A stretch of DNA of 64,000 nt, taken from NCBI RefSeq assembly GCF_032191835.1, contig NC_083228.1, forward strand, positions 33,976,001-34,040,000, written 5' to 3'. The notes under the pieces were generated by a model, which was not told the origin of the DNA, searched no databases, and saw only the letters and a list, made by a program, of their open reading frames with translations. The position numbers and the translations under genes are program-made. This document shows positions 49,453 to 61,995 of this stretch, in pieces (position 1 is the stretch's first letter; the number at the start of each line of letters is the position of its first letter). This stretch comes from Heteronotia binoei. Its lineage: Eukaryota.

Positions 49453-49693
49453 NNNNNNNNNNNNNNNNNNNNNNNNNNNNNNNNNNNNNNNNNNNNNNNN
49501 NNNNNNNNNNNNNNNNNNNNNNNNNNNNNNNNNNNNNNNNNNNNNNNNNNNNNNNNNNNNNNNNNNNNNNNNNNNNNNNNNNNNNNNNNNNNNNNNNNNN
49601 NNNNNNNNNNNNNNNNNNNNNNNNNNNNNNNNNNNNNNNNNNNNNNNNNNNNNNNNNNNNNNNNNNNNNNNNNNNNNNNNNNNNNNNNNNNNN
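49453..49693. other. Assembly gap
   Basis: N run. Confidence 1.
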
Positions 49694-49755
49694 CCGAGTG
49701 TTGGACTGGATGGGACATTGGCCTGATCCAACATGGCTTCTCTTATGTTCTTATG
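49694..49755 (+). mobile_element. CR1 3' tail
   Basis: TTGGACTGGATGGGACATTGGCCTGATCCAACATGGCTTCTCTTATGTTCTTATG. Confidence 0.85.
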
Positions 49756-51949
49756 AATCACAAGAAGTCAAATCTACTACCATATACCAGAGTTCAGTTC
49801 CTTGGGGCTTGCAGAGTGTTTCTCCTGACCCAGAGAGCAGAAAACATCTAACTGATTCACAGCATTCTCTCTCAGGAAAATGCATTTTAACTACAGATTA
49901 AACTCCTCCTGGGTCTCATGGTACCCACAACCTCCGTCATCATGTTAGCAAAGTTACTCATAAGACCCCCTGCAGCTCTGGTTTGTATGGGTTCTCAAAC
50001 AACAACTTAACCCACAGTTAGTGTTGCTCACCCTACCCTCCAAGATCCTGAACTCCCTGGGAGGACATACAGAACTTGATTGAGGGTACCCCTTTTCATG
50101 CCCCATTCCCCACATTGACAATCATGACAAATGCATCTCTTTGAGATGAGGAACCCACCTCAGTGGCCTGTGTGCGGGCTCACCATGGGAACCATGTCTA
50201 CTGTCCCAGCACACCAGTTTCCTGAAGCTTTCAGCAATCAAGTACGCTCTGCTTTCAGCAATCAAGTACGCTCAATGAATGTGTTTGAAGTAGTTTCCCA
50301 TCTCCCAGGAGTTCAGAATGTCATGGCAGATTACTGATTGGGGAGGGAGTGCATCCCTCCATGAGGAGAAATGAAATGGATATATTTTCATCTGGTTTTT
50401 GAAGCATGGAGTATCCCTCCATTAGTGTCTTTTCGACCAGGTTCAACAAGAAGTGCCCAGACTTTTGCTCCCAAACAAGGACAGACCTGCTTTCACTAGG
50501 GCACAGGCTCCTCTAGCCCTGAACTCATCAACACCTGTATCCCCCCCACACACACACACACCTCTCATCACCAGGGTCATGAACAAGATAATGACGGAAT
50601 CCCTGACGGGCATTCTGGGAACCCCTTGGACAGCACTGGTTCCCCTCCATTCTTCAATTGTCCCAGGGAGTCCTTAATCACTTCCCGCAGGAAGTGGATC
50701 TCCTGTTGGCCCACAATGGTCACGTTTTCTACCACACTATCCACATCTGAAGCTCACAGTGTGGAGAATCTGATGACAAACCTACAAGACAGAATTGCTT
50801 TTCAGGTTCTCTTGAATAGTTGGAGGCCCTCCATGAGAAAGTCATATGGCTACAAGTGGGACAAATCTATTAGGTACCTGGACTCGACTGTCACTCCTCC
50901 ATCTGCATTGAACCTTTCTGCACTGTTTGGTTTTCTTCTATCCCTCATAGATTCAGATGTCAACCATTCCTCCATATGAGTTTACCTAGCTGAGATTTCA
51001 GTGCATCATTTCCCCATTGATGGGTTTTGGTTTGAGGACATCTGTCAGGCTAATGGTTGTCCACCCCCCCCCCATCTAAAACAAAGAGGTATTTCTCTGT
51101 ATCATGGAGCCAACAGGAAAGAATGTCTCCTCTCTGTTGCAAAACCCAACGCCTGGTTCCTCCCTTCTTGATCCAATCACCCTAATCAATGGACTATTCA
51201 CATAACTGGGTAGCCTTTTTCTCCATTAATAAAGGATTGTCAGCAAACATTAGCATCCTTACCTTCTTGGTTCAATTGTGTCAAGACATGTTAGCAGTTC
51301 GGGTTTTCACCCAGAAACCCATCCCTGCATATAGATGCAGATATGTCAACATGTGTCTTTTCCTGGGAACCCTATTCAGTGTTTCCCAGCACATTGTTTT
51401 ACTCCCAGCTAATCCCATCACTACATTGTTCCAAGGGGAAATCATGTCACACGTCCCAGGACACACACACCCCTATAAAAATAGTACCCAGAACTTAGTC
51501 TGCTTCCCACCCCCCGGCTCTAAACTGCACCCCCAAGATGCTGGATATCTTGCCCTTCTCCTGGATGGATAGCCATAATTTCCCCAAGCCCCTACTATAT
51601 TCCCTCTAACCCCTGTATTTCTGCTAAACTTGTGTGTTTGTCTCCAGTGTGTGTGTGTTTTCTGTATGCTTGCATTATTTTTGTATTTCCTTTTCAATAA
51701 AAACAAGCTCTCTTGGTTAAACAACAGTCTAGTTAATTTCCCTAATTCTAGGGGAAAATCCTGGTATACAATTTGTGGAGAGATCTCACTGCTGCTAGCT
51801 CTCACTAGGCTTAACCTAGTGAGATATATCCTAGATAAATATATCTGTGTCATCCATTGATTGTTTTTGTTCCCTTTTGTGTGTGTATAAGGCTCACAAT
51901 TTAAAGGGCAGGAGCTATATAGCTCAACAGTACAGTACTTGCTCTTCAT

Positions 51950-52790
51950 ATGTCTTCTATCCCTGGCACATCTAATTTAGTAAAAGGAGCATGTATAGCA
52001 AGAATGGGAGGACTCTTTTGTGAGAACTTGGTGATGTTGTCTATCAGAATAGACACTACATGGATGGACAAATAGCCTGTCAGTTCTTTTTATCATATGT
52101 GGTGGACATGTGAGATGGTCAAGGACTACTGGAAAATGGCTCACGAATTACTACAGAAGATTAGGACGACACAGATTCAATTCAAACCAGAACTATTTTT
52201 ATTGAATATATTTTCTGAGGACTATCCCAAAGAAATGAGACATTTGTTGGCTCATTTCAATACAGCAGCCAGGATTCCCTTGGTGCAGAGATGGGAATCT
52301 CAGGAAACCCCCACAAGAATGGACTTGGTGGGAAAAATTCTGGAACAGCAGAGCTGGACTTTTTATTCCAGCTGTTGGCTGGGAAATCTAAGGAAGAAGC
52401 AAGAAAATATTGGTTGAAATTTTATGCCTGACTGGATACTCAAGACTCTTTTAAGATTCTCTGGTGTGAACTCATATCTCCTTTTTCCTGTATTCTGTAT
52501 TACAAGATTGCTTTTACTGGAAATGTCAAATTTAATAGATACTTTAACAAAAAGATTTACAATACAAAATATCAAAATGTTGATGATAAACAGTTTAGAG
52601 ACAACAATATGTGACAATTTATGTATTTTAAGAAAGTATTGCAGATGTAGACTTGTATTCTTTGAAAGTATTCTCTATGCAGATTAAGACGATTTGTAAT
52701 CTTTATTTCTCATCCCTTCCTATTCCCTATTCCTAATAATTTGAAACTAATAAAACTTTTAAACTAGAGAAAGAATCAGACATTATTTTA
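51950..52790 (+). mobile_element. L1/Tx1-type LINE 3' fragment
   Basis: HMWWTC..VKDYW...FKPELFLL...AARI...W region of the ORF2 C-terminus, then an A/T-rich 3' UTR with AATAAA. Confidence 0.75.
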
Positions 52791-54289
52791 TAGGAGGTAT
52801 CACTCTTTCCAGGCTTCTGCCATCAATAGTCCCTGCAAAACAGTATAAGCTCTCTGAATGCATCAATGACTTGTGTATCTTTCTGCAGGAGAAATGTGTA
52901 AGTTTCCACTTGGTTACACAGGAAGTATGAAAGGGAAATGCTAATTACTTGCACTTCCTCTGTTTCCACTTGTGTAATGTTCAAAGCAATTCCTAGAAGA
53001 AAGAGCAGGGATATGGAGACAAAACAATTCTTCCTCTTCCACAACTAGCAGGGATCCAGCCTAACAGCAGAATATGTACATGTATGGTATTCATTGTGAC
53101 TGCAATCTCATATAAAATTGTTTGAGATTTTAGCCATATACTCATATCCCTTAATATAAATTTTCAGTCCCACACAACTATATGCACTGAGTTACCTTGT
53201 AGGTGGTCGTAAGTTTTAAAAATAGGGATGTGATTTTGGCATTGCTTGTGCTTGTTGCTTGTATGGGATTCGTATCCATTTAATGTAGCCTACTGATTGG
53301 GAGCAAAACACTTTTTTTTTTCATTATGAAAGGTTAATTAGATTTTCTTATAATAATCTTGATATGACTTAATGGAAGAACAGAGAAAAATCTAAGGATA
53401 TTGTTTGCTGATACCAATCTTTCCTCCTTCTGTATACAAAACCACCTGCTAGTCATTTAGTTACAACTCATGTAAAGCTCTAGCTTTTGGCAGATGTCCT
53501 TGAGCTCTTTTAGTTATGATGAAGAAGTGAACTGTCTGTTAGCTGAAAACAACAACCCTTTTATTTCAGTAGGGACTTGGGGTAACTGACGCAGCTGCCA
53601 TTGGTGTCTACAAACTGAATAGAAAATTGGCAAAGAATGCCAATGATCAGGTGGCATGTAACCCTTCTTTCCAATTTACAGCTTATAAAATAACAGGTTA
53701 CATTCTTGATCAGCAGCAAACTTATCAATTCCTTTCTGCTACATATATCTTATTTTCCAACAGGTCCTTAAAAGCCCACATTATTTCCACTGCATGTATG
53801 TGTTCCCCTTTTGTAATTAGGTAATGAATTCATAATTGTTGAAATGATATACATAAGAAAAGGTGCCCTGTGTTTTTCAGTACCCCCTCAGTAAATCTGA
53901 ATGGCCCTTATGCACTTCTGTCTCTTGCACTGATTTTATATGCACTGTATAAGTAAAAGTACAGACAGGGAAAAAAAATGAATTATCTGCTTATTAATTG
54001 CTGTGTATTTTTTTTTCTTTTTTCTCTCCTTTTACGAAGATACATCAAATTCAACAGCTCTTTGCACATGTATGGTGGAACAGGCCTGCAGGCCCTTTCC
54101 GCCCTGCCCTGCAAGGTTTTCACAACAGCTGGAGAGGCCCTTTTCACTCTCTGGTAACCTGCTGCCACCACCCGACCTTTGCAGGAATTACCTACTGGGA
54201 GGGTCAGAGCTCCCAGCTTTCCTCCCAAATTATGAGGTCTTGCCTCTGTGTTTCCCACTGCCTAGCACCTGGTCACCATGGGGACAGTT

Positions 54290-54480
54290 TATTTACCACC
54301 TTGTTTCTCTGTCATATCCCCCCTTTTTTTCCAAACTGAAAAGTTCCAGACTCTTCAGCCTTTCCTCATAGGAAAGGCGCTCCAACACTCTAATCATCTT
54401 AGTTACCCTCTGCCATTTCCTTTTTGAGATATGGAGACCAGAACTGTACACAGTATTCCAAATGAGGCCACAACATTGAT
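54290..54480 (-). mobile_element. CR1 RT C-terminal fragment
   Basis: CAGAACTGTACACAGTATTCCAAATGAGG is the reverse complement of the PHLEYCVQFW motif. Confidence 0.8.
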
Positions 54481-56049
54481 CCAGGACCCAAGCCTAGATT
54501 TCCCTGGATCACCACTTTTATGCACATGAACAGCACCCAGCCCCATGAGTTCTCAAGGTTAAATGCACACAAACAAAGGAGACCTTTGTAAAAATATATA
54601 AAAGTTTATTGAATAGCTTTAAAGCAGAATATTACTATGCAGCACAGTCTCTACCACTTAGCAGCAACTATTTTTTTTTTTTAAAAAAACCCTTCTGCCT
54701 AATACATTTAATACCTGGTATTAGTTGGCACACCCTCTTAGAATATAAGAGTCCAAGCTACAGCTTCATTGTCCTCTATGTCCATCATGATGTAGCATAA
54801 CGTAACAAGAGAAGCAGTGAGGTAAAATCACAAAGTTAACATGGCTTCCCTCTGGCCTATAGTCTCATTATAGTCTTGGACACCAAGTGGCCTCTCAAAC
54901 CCAATCAGGGAACTCACTTGATGGAACTCTCCTGAAGTTGTTAACATCACTACTCCTGACTCCCCACTCCTGCCTAGCTACACAAGTGAACACAGGTACT
55001 CATGAGTATTCAATTACCATATTCTTGAATCTACAAAGGCTCCTAGCCCCTATTATCATCCCAAGGAGTCCAGCCAGCTTTCTTAATGAACAGAAACTTG
55101 CAGGGCGTGGAACATATCAAAAGCAAGAAGGTAAAGAAATGAACAGGAAGCTTAAATATTAAGGAGTGGTGTTTTTTTCCCCCCAGTCAGAGGCAAGAAT
55201 GTACTATTTTTAACTTTCTTGACTATAGCTGTTTCGGGTTGAGATTTCTGCATAAGCTTTGTTCTGTTGGGATTGGGTATGATAGAGTCTTATCAGTGAG
55301 ACTGATAAGAATTACAACCCATTTTGTATATTGAAAAGTACTATGTTAATGATACATTATAATAGCCTTATTTTAATTTAATCCTGTAAACATCATTGCA
55401 TTGAAATATTTAATATTTCATACAATACAGATTTCTTTTAAAAAAAAATTAGTATTTCAGCAATTTATTATGACGCCCCAATAACCCTTCGTCTCATGAA
55501 AAATACCTTCTTTGCATTGGCAAAGGGGTGGAATGAGAATGTTTCACCTTTTCCATGCCAATCACATTTCTCCCCAAATTCTTTTCCCCTCCAAATGCTT
55601 TTACAGCAGCCCTCATTCCACCTGCAAACATGGATGTGGAAACTCACAATCCTTTATTATATGTGGATGCAGCAGACCATGCTGTCCGCACTTAGCCATC
55701 TCTGAGAATAGATAAGCTGGTGCACAGATACACATTTATATATGTCACATGCATAATGCATGAACAAGGAAGCGGAACAGTGTTATTTCTATTTGGCATG
55801 AAATACGTTGTATGCTAAAATATACTAGTCAGATCAAAGAGCTTTGCCATTCCCCGACTCCAAAGAGAAACTTAGGTTTATGGATAAAGCAGTGGTTCTG
55901 CCACAGAAAGTGAGGGAGGGGGCGGGATTCTAAAAGAAATTATCATTCCAAGTGAAAGAATTGGCTGCTGTGGAGTTCTTTTTAAACAAAGCAAACTTTG
56001 CCAGCCTCCCCCCCCCCCAAATGTTGCTAGTCTCCTCTTTTCTCCATAT

Positions 56050-56184
56050 CAGGGGTGGCCAACGGTAGCTCTCCAGATGTTTTTGCCTACAACTCCCATC
56101 AGCCCCAGCCAGCATGTCCAATGGCTGGGGCTGATGGGAGTTGTGGGCAAAAAACATCTGGAGAGCTACCATTGGCCACCCCTG
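56050..56184. mobile_element. Palindromic hAT MITE
   Basis: Near-perfect hairpin with a perfect 8-bp TSD CTCCATAT. Confidence 0.93.
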
Positions 56185-56627
56185 CTCCATATCCTTTCTA
56201 CCACAGAGGGCTGGTGGATACTGAAATTACTGTTGTCTTGAATATAGGATGTATCATTGGCTGCTGGAGGAACTGTTTTAAGCCACCCTGAGCCGTATTT
56301 GCAAGGAAGCACAACTTAGCAAATAAAAACAAGCAAACAAACAAAATGGAAGCATTTAGTCCAATAAACGACCTCAAGATCATCTTATCAACTGATGAGT
56401 CTAAAATACAAAACAATATGTAACAGTTTGTTGTGGCATATGAATATCTTCTCATATTTATGAGGTCTCTTAGGACCTTAAATCTTTTCCATTTAGATTG
56501 AGGGCCTGTGAAATTATAGAAAGAATTTGTTTTGTTAGTCTTATGGAGTTTAAAGCTAAAGAGAGAGTTAGGGTTTGTAGAATCTTTCGGGATCAAGTGC
56601 CGTGTTCTACTGGAGAAAGTTTTCCTT

Positions 56628-56668
56628 CCAGACGTTTCGTTCTCAGCTGCGGAGAACATCCTCAGTGG
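56628..56668 (-). ncRNA. Minimal type I hammerhead ribozyme motif (PLE-type)
   Basis: Reverse complement of 57148-57188. Confidence 0.75.
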
Positions 56669-57147
56669 CGTTGCAGCCGGAGCAGGCGCTCAGACCTTCT
56701 TGGCTGCTGTGCATTGAGTGGGGCCAGGGCTGCTGGAGAGCTGCTATTTCTAGGCTGGAGGGGGTGTGATGAAAGGGCAATTAGTTTGTGGATGTGCCCA
56801 TTGTTTGGTGGGGCTTCCTGGAAGGGTAATGATAAGGAAACTGGCTGTTGAATGTGACCATTGTTCTGTGTTAATTGCTGGGAGGGTTGGAAGGGGTTTG
56901 AAGATAAGGAAGATGGCTGTTGACTGTGCTGATTGTTCTGTGGAATTTGCTGGTTGTTCTGAGACTTTCTGCAATTTATAGTCTGTAGGGTGTTTCATTT
57001 ATAGTCTGTAGGGTGTTACAGACCCTATAGTCTGTAGGGTGTTTCATCACACCCCCTCCAGCCTAGAAATAGCAGCTCTCCAGCAGCCCTGGCCCCACTC
57101 AATGCACAGCAGTCAAGAAGGTCTGAGCGCCTGCTCTGGCTGCAACG

Positions 57148-57188
57148 CCACTGAGGATGTTCTCCGCAGCTGAGAACGAAACGTCTGG
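57148..57188 (+). ncRNA. Minimal type I hammerhead ribozyme motif (PLE-type)
   Basis: CCA-CTGAGGA-T-GTTCTC/cgcagct/GAGAAC-GAAAC-GTC-TGG. Confidence 0.78.
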
Positions 57189-57737
57189 AAGGAAAACTTA
57201 CTCCAGTAGAACATGGCACTTGATCCCGAAAGATTCTACAAACCCTAATGATGTTACCAGCCGTGAAAACCTGAATTCTTTGATAAAGAGAGAGTTTCTG
57301 CACCAAGGATACATTTGTACACACAAATGCTTGTAGGCTTTGTACATGTGAACTTCCTCTAGAAAAACTGAGGTACAAACAAATGCCATGGTCACATCTA
57401 CAGGGGGCTATAATGTCTACTTAATGTTCTGTGTTTTTAAAGTTGAAAAAGAAAAAGAAGGCGAAGAAGTGGGGTCATTGTCAGGTATTTTACTGACAGA
57501 TGGTGTTCTGCAATTCAAGACCTATTCAAGTTCTTGGGAACTGCAGATGTACCTTTGCAGGATTCTTGCTATTCCAAGCAACACCATCTTCTCAGCTGGT
57601 ATAATGTGTTCAATGTCCAGAATGTCCTGGTGTTTCTTGAGACTTCTAGGCATTTCTCCAGACATTCCAATGACAACTGGCACAATGGTAACTTCCTTTT
57701 TTCCTAGAGATGCTCTAACTCTATTTGTAGGTCTTAG

Positions 57738-57979
57738 CAGGGGTGGATCTACTATGAAACAAATGAAGCTTAAGCTTCAAAACCATGAATCCTGAAGGGG
57801 CCCTGAAGCAACTTAAAAAAAAAAAATCAGTGATTTTTTCAACAAAATTATTGGAGGTTTCTTAAAAAGTATTTATTATTAAAATAAGGCTATTTTACTG
57901 ACAGAATCTTGTGACTGCTTGAGAAGGTGCCCCCATAACAGTTCAAGCATCAGGGTCCCAAAAATGTAGGTCCACCCTG
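57738..57979. mobile_element. hAT-type MITE
   Basis: CAGGGGTGGA...TCCACCCTG with a perfect 8-bp TSD GGTCTTAG. Confidence 0.9.
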
Positions 57980-57988
57980 GGTCTTAGT

Positions 57989-58127
57989 NNNNNNNNNNNN
58001 NNNNNNNNNNNNNNNNNNNNNNNNNNNNNNNNNNNNNNNNNNNNNNNNNNNNNNNNNNNNNNNNNNNNNNNNNNNNNNNNNNNNNNNNNNNNNNNNNNNN
58101 NNNNNNNNNNNNNNNNNNNNNNNNNNN
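57989..58127. other. Assembly gap
   Basis: N run. Confidence 1.
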
Positions 58128-58918
58128 CAATTCCAGTCTTCTGGGATTACAGTTCTCTGGTATTACCGTGTCAATTATCCAAGCCCTATTACTCTTTCTT
58201 TCCCATGAATTTTTCGCTTGATGGTTAATCATACTTCTTGCAAAAATTCCAGTGCAACATAACTGCAAAACTATTGTGTCATTCTTTATAGTCAGTTATT
58301 ATTATGGTTTGTCACAGTCAGATATTTGACTTCTAGATAGTGTTCTGCATCATCATCGTTATCATCATTCTTTTTATATCCTTCCTTTCCTCTTGATTCA
58401 AGACAGCTGAAAATAAGTTTTAAAATCAGCTAAAACCAAAGATGAAAATCAAGCCCCAAATCCCTCCTTCCCTTAAACGATGCCAGCCATTTAAGCCTTC
58501 TCAAAGCTCTTTCAAGCAGGGATGCCTTGCAGCACTTCATGGAAATTTCTAGGGAGGGACCCCCTTACCTCTCCTTGGAGGCCAATCCACAGAGCCAGAG
58601 CTGCAAAGGAAAAGATCAGAGCACTGGTTGATGACAGATAGGCCACTCTAAGTAGTGGGATAACTAGCAGATATATGCCTGATGGCCATAGATGGCACAC
58701 AGGGACATATGAAAGGAGATGGTCCTTCGAATATTTCAATAGTTGATGTTCGCCATCTTGGAAACTGTATTAGGGTAGAAAGGTGGCATAAAATGTTTTA
58801 AATAAATAAAACAAATTTATGTAAAAATATTAAATTTCCGTCTATTTGTATTTTGAGGGGCAGACTGTAAAGTAAATACATGTTTTCCCTCCCTATCCTA
58901 ACCATAGCAGTGACAATA

Positions 58919-59082
58919 NNNNNNNNNNNNNNNNNNNNNNNNNNNNNNNNNNNNNNNNNNNNNNNNNNNNNNNNNNNNNNNNNNNNNNNNNNNNNNNNNN
59001 NNNNNNNNNNNNNNNNNNNNNNNNNNNNNNNNNNNNNNNNNNNNNNNNNNNNNNNNNNNNNNNNNNNNNNNNNNNNNNNNNN
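58919..59082. other. Assembly gap
   Basis: N run. Confidence 1.
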
Positions 59083-59515
59083 GCCGAGGCAGGCTCAGGG
59101 CGGCTCACAACATAAAATACATTATACATCAGTTATACTTATAAAATCATGGTTAAAACAATTACAGATTATTAAAATTAACATTAACAATATAGAATAT
59201 TGTTCTATATTGTTCAGTAGAATTCAGTAACTAAAAGCATTTTCAGCGGCACTTCCTAGCTTGTCATTAGTTGAAGGCTATCTTGAAAAGGTGGGTCTTA
59301 CAGGCCCTACGGAATTGATCTAAGCATCGTAGGGCCCGCACCTCCTCTGGGAGTTGATTCCACAGCAGTGGAGCTGCAACAGAGAAGGCCCGATCCCGGG
59401 TGGCCTTCAATCTGGCCTCCCTTGGCCCAGGGACATTCAGCTGGTTTTTTCCAGCTGACCTCAGCGCTCTCTGGGGCTCGTATGGGGAGAGACGGTCCCT
59501 CAGGTAGGTAGGGGT
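59083..59515 (-). mobile_element. L2-clade LINE 3' fragment
   Basis: YLRDRLSPYEPQRALRSAG...RAFSVAAPLLWNQLPEEVR...FRRACKTHLF. Confidence 0.88.
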
Positions 59516-60342
59516 GGGGCATCCCCCAGTTTCTTCAGCTTCTTCCTGTTGCCAGCCAGTTGGCCAGCTGGGGGAAGCCCTGCCCCCAACAACCGTGACC
59601 CGACACAACTTTTCCAACATGATGATGTCATGTGGAAGTGACATCATCATTCCAGGGACTTTGCATGGTGACACTCTGGTATTTTGGACAAAACTCTGTG
59701 GCAAAAGTTCAAAATACCAGAGCATCACCATGTGTCATCTCTGGAATGATGATATCATTTCCATGTGACATCATCGCTTCAGGGACATCATGATTGCCGA
59801 TGTCACCCCGCCCCCAACACACCCTCCTGGAAAGCTCCCTCCTACCGTCTGCTGCTGAGCAGGTAAGTCTTGACAACCCTAAGTGATGAAGCACACCACT
59901 TAACCTCCGTGGCACATGCTTCTGGGTAAAATGAAGAGTAGTAGAGTTCCTAAGCCAGTGACTATCAGTTCCATTAGAAGCTTTATTGCTGGAGAGTAAG
60001 GGCTGGGTACATTTTAGAGATTATGCAAGCCAGGATTTTGAAGCCTTGGATTTCATTTTGGAGGTGTGGGAGGATAGATGAACTAAGTCTAAATTATATT
60101 GATTTTGGCATAGTTCTTCATTTGCTGCTGTATAAAGGGATAAAGACTGAGGCTGTATAAAGTGATAGAGACCAAGAGAGAACTGGCAAGTGCTGTTAAA
60201 AATGTTATGTTGATATAAGTCATGCAAACCATGACTTCTCCATCAGCCAAAAAAATCAAGATGGAAAGAAATAATGGATGGATCACTCACATAATTTTAC
60301 TCCAGTGCTTACAAGTAGCTCATAGTCAATATCTGTAAGAAG

Positions 60343-60460
60343 CAAGGCTTGTTTTGTAGAAAAAGCCCAGCAGGAACTCATTTGCATACTAGGCCACACT
60401 CCCTGACATTAAGCCAGTCAGAGCTGCATTCTTGTATGTTCCTGCCCCAAACAAGCCCTG
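60343..60460. mobile_element. Octamer MITE
   Basis: Perfect 8-bp TSD GTAAGAAG; ATTTGCAT present. Confidence 0.88.
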
Positions 60461-61368
60461 GTAAGAAGTATCATGTGCCCAATCTTGAATTTAAATCCTA
60501 GCATATTTCTATGTGTATGGGAGCTGCATGTAGCAGAACTATAGCAGGCATGGTGGTGCTGGTGACCCTGATTATTTAACCCCTCCATCTGTGCAGTCCT
60601 CAGAACGTAGTGATAGATAGTAGCATCCCAGTTTGAATGATAATTATGACATGACTAGTAAATATGAATGCTGCCATTAGTACAGGTAGTAGCCATTTGT
60701 AAAACATTCATATGAAGCTGTCAGTGGAACAACTCTCATTTCTTAAAAAAAAAAAAATCTTAGCAATCACATTTCATGTTGAGAATTCAAGGTTATGAAA
60801 CAATGCAGTATGGATATGTCAGTAAACATTAAATTAATTCCTAGGAAGAGAATAATACACTGATGAGTATTATGAGAATAATACACTGAAGGATTCAAAG
60901 GCAAATCAGTTCTTGGTTTTTAGGTTAAATTCATTAATTAATATTGTGTGTGAAAAAAAGTATAGTCCACATTAAAGCTGAAAAGGTAATGTATTAATGT
61001 GAGTTGAGTTGTTGATAATAAAAATCAGTATATTAATTTCCATGGTCTTAAAGCTTGCTGTGTAGTGTTTGATGCCCTGTGAACCATGATTAGATTTAGC
61101 TGTGAAATCCATTATATTTTTATTGGTTTATAATTTCTGTTTACAATTATCATATATTTAGTTGTTGCTGCTATCAACAGGGAGTCCAATTTTTGTGCCT
61201 ACACACAGAGCCTATGCAAATATAATTGAAAGTGAGACTTATACTCTCACCTTTTTGTATCCCTTATTTTAACCTTCCTACTTACATTTGATTTTTCAAA
61301 GGAAAAGAGGTGCTCAAAAACTTGGGATGGGGGTCCTGAATCCTAAACACATTAATTTAGAATGTTCA

Positions 61369-61563
61369 CAGATGGCTTTTTTTGAACAGGAACACACAGG
61401 AATGCAGTTCCGGCTGGCTTGGTGTCAGGGTGTGTGGCCGAATATGCTAATGAATTCCTGCTGAACTTTTTCTAGAAAAAGTCCTATGTGAAACAATTGT
61501 GACATCAGGGTGAGTGGCCTAATATACAAATGAGTTCCTGCTGGGCTTTTTCTACTAAAAAAG
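61369..61563. mobile_element. Octamer-family MITE (degenerate octamers)
   Basis: Same body as 26909-27108. Confidence 0.75.
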
Positions 61564-61641
61564 TATGTGTGTGTGTATATACACACTTGTATGTGTTTGT
61601 GTGTGCAGAATTTAATTATTTTAAGTGGTGGGTGCTGTACC

Positions 61642-61995
61642 CAGGACCAGCATGTGGGAGTAGGACAAGTAGGTGGCTGCCTAGGGTGGCACCTCGCCTA
61701 GGGTCACCAAGAGGCACCCCCCCCTCTTCACGCCCGCTGGCTTCCTGACTTCACCGAGGCTTGGGATGCCTCAGCGAAGTCTGGGGGGCTTGGCAGCAAA
61801 TGCACTCAGAGCCCAGCTCTGAGCGTGCCTGCTGCCTTTCTGACTTCACTGAGGCTTCCCAAGGCTCAGGAAGCCTCGGTGAAGTCGGGGGAGGGGGGCA
61901 TGACATCATCAGAACTTCTTTGGGAATAGAACACTTGGGGTGGGGTGGGGGCGGGGTTTGGCCTGGGGGCGCAAGAACTGCTATCACTGGGCCTG
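61642..61995. mobile_element. hAT-type MITE
   Basis: CAGGACC...GGGCCTG; TSD GCTGTACC/GCTTTACC (7/8). Confidence 0.7.

Larger units (their letters stand above)
47290..51560 (+). mobile_element. Degraded DIRS-like (tyrosine recombinase) retrotransposon with nested CR1, SINE and an assembly gap
   Basis: gag-like AAKYSFDV..LFEGEGLFS; RT LWEGAWMVTLDLQDAYLH and LPFG..TPRVF; RNase H ..NASL and HLPGVQNVMAD; YR N-terminus LLNSWRPSMRKSY..KW. Boundaries approximate. Confidence 0.7.
56568..57248. mobile_element. Penelope-like element: 207-bp inverted pLTRs (56568-56774, 57042-57248) around a 3'-end fragment
   Basis: Near-perfect inverted repeat with a hammerhead motif in each copy; triplicated ATAGTCTGTAGGGTGTT at the junction. 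Confidence 0.88.
57470..58330 (-). mobile_element. Second R4/Dong 3' fragment, split by a MITE and a gap
   Basis: Homologous to 1110-1600 (shared QLCCTGIFA frame; VIG..G..P.SLKKH..IL). Confidence 0.7.
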
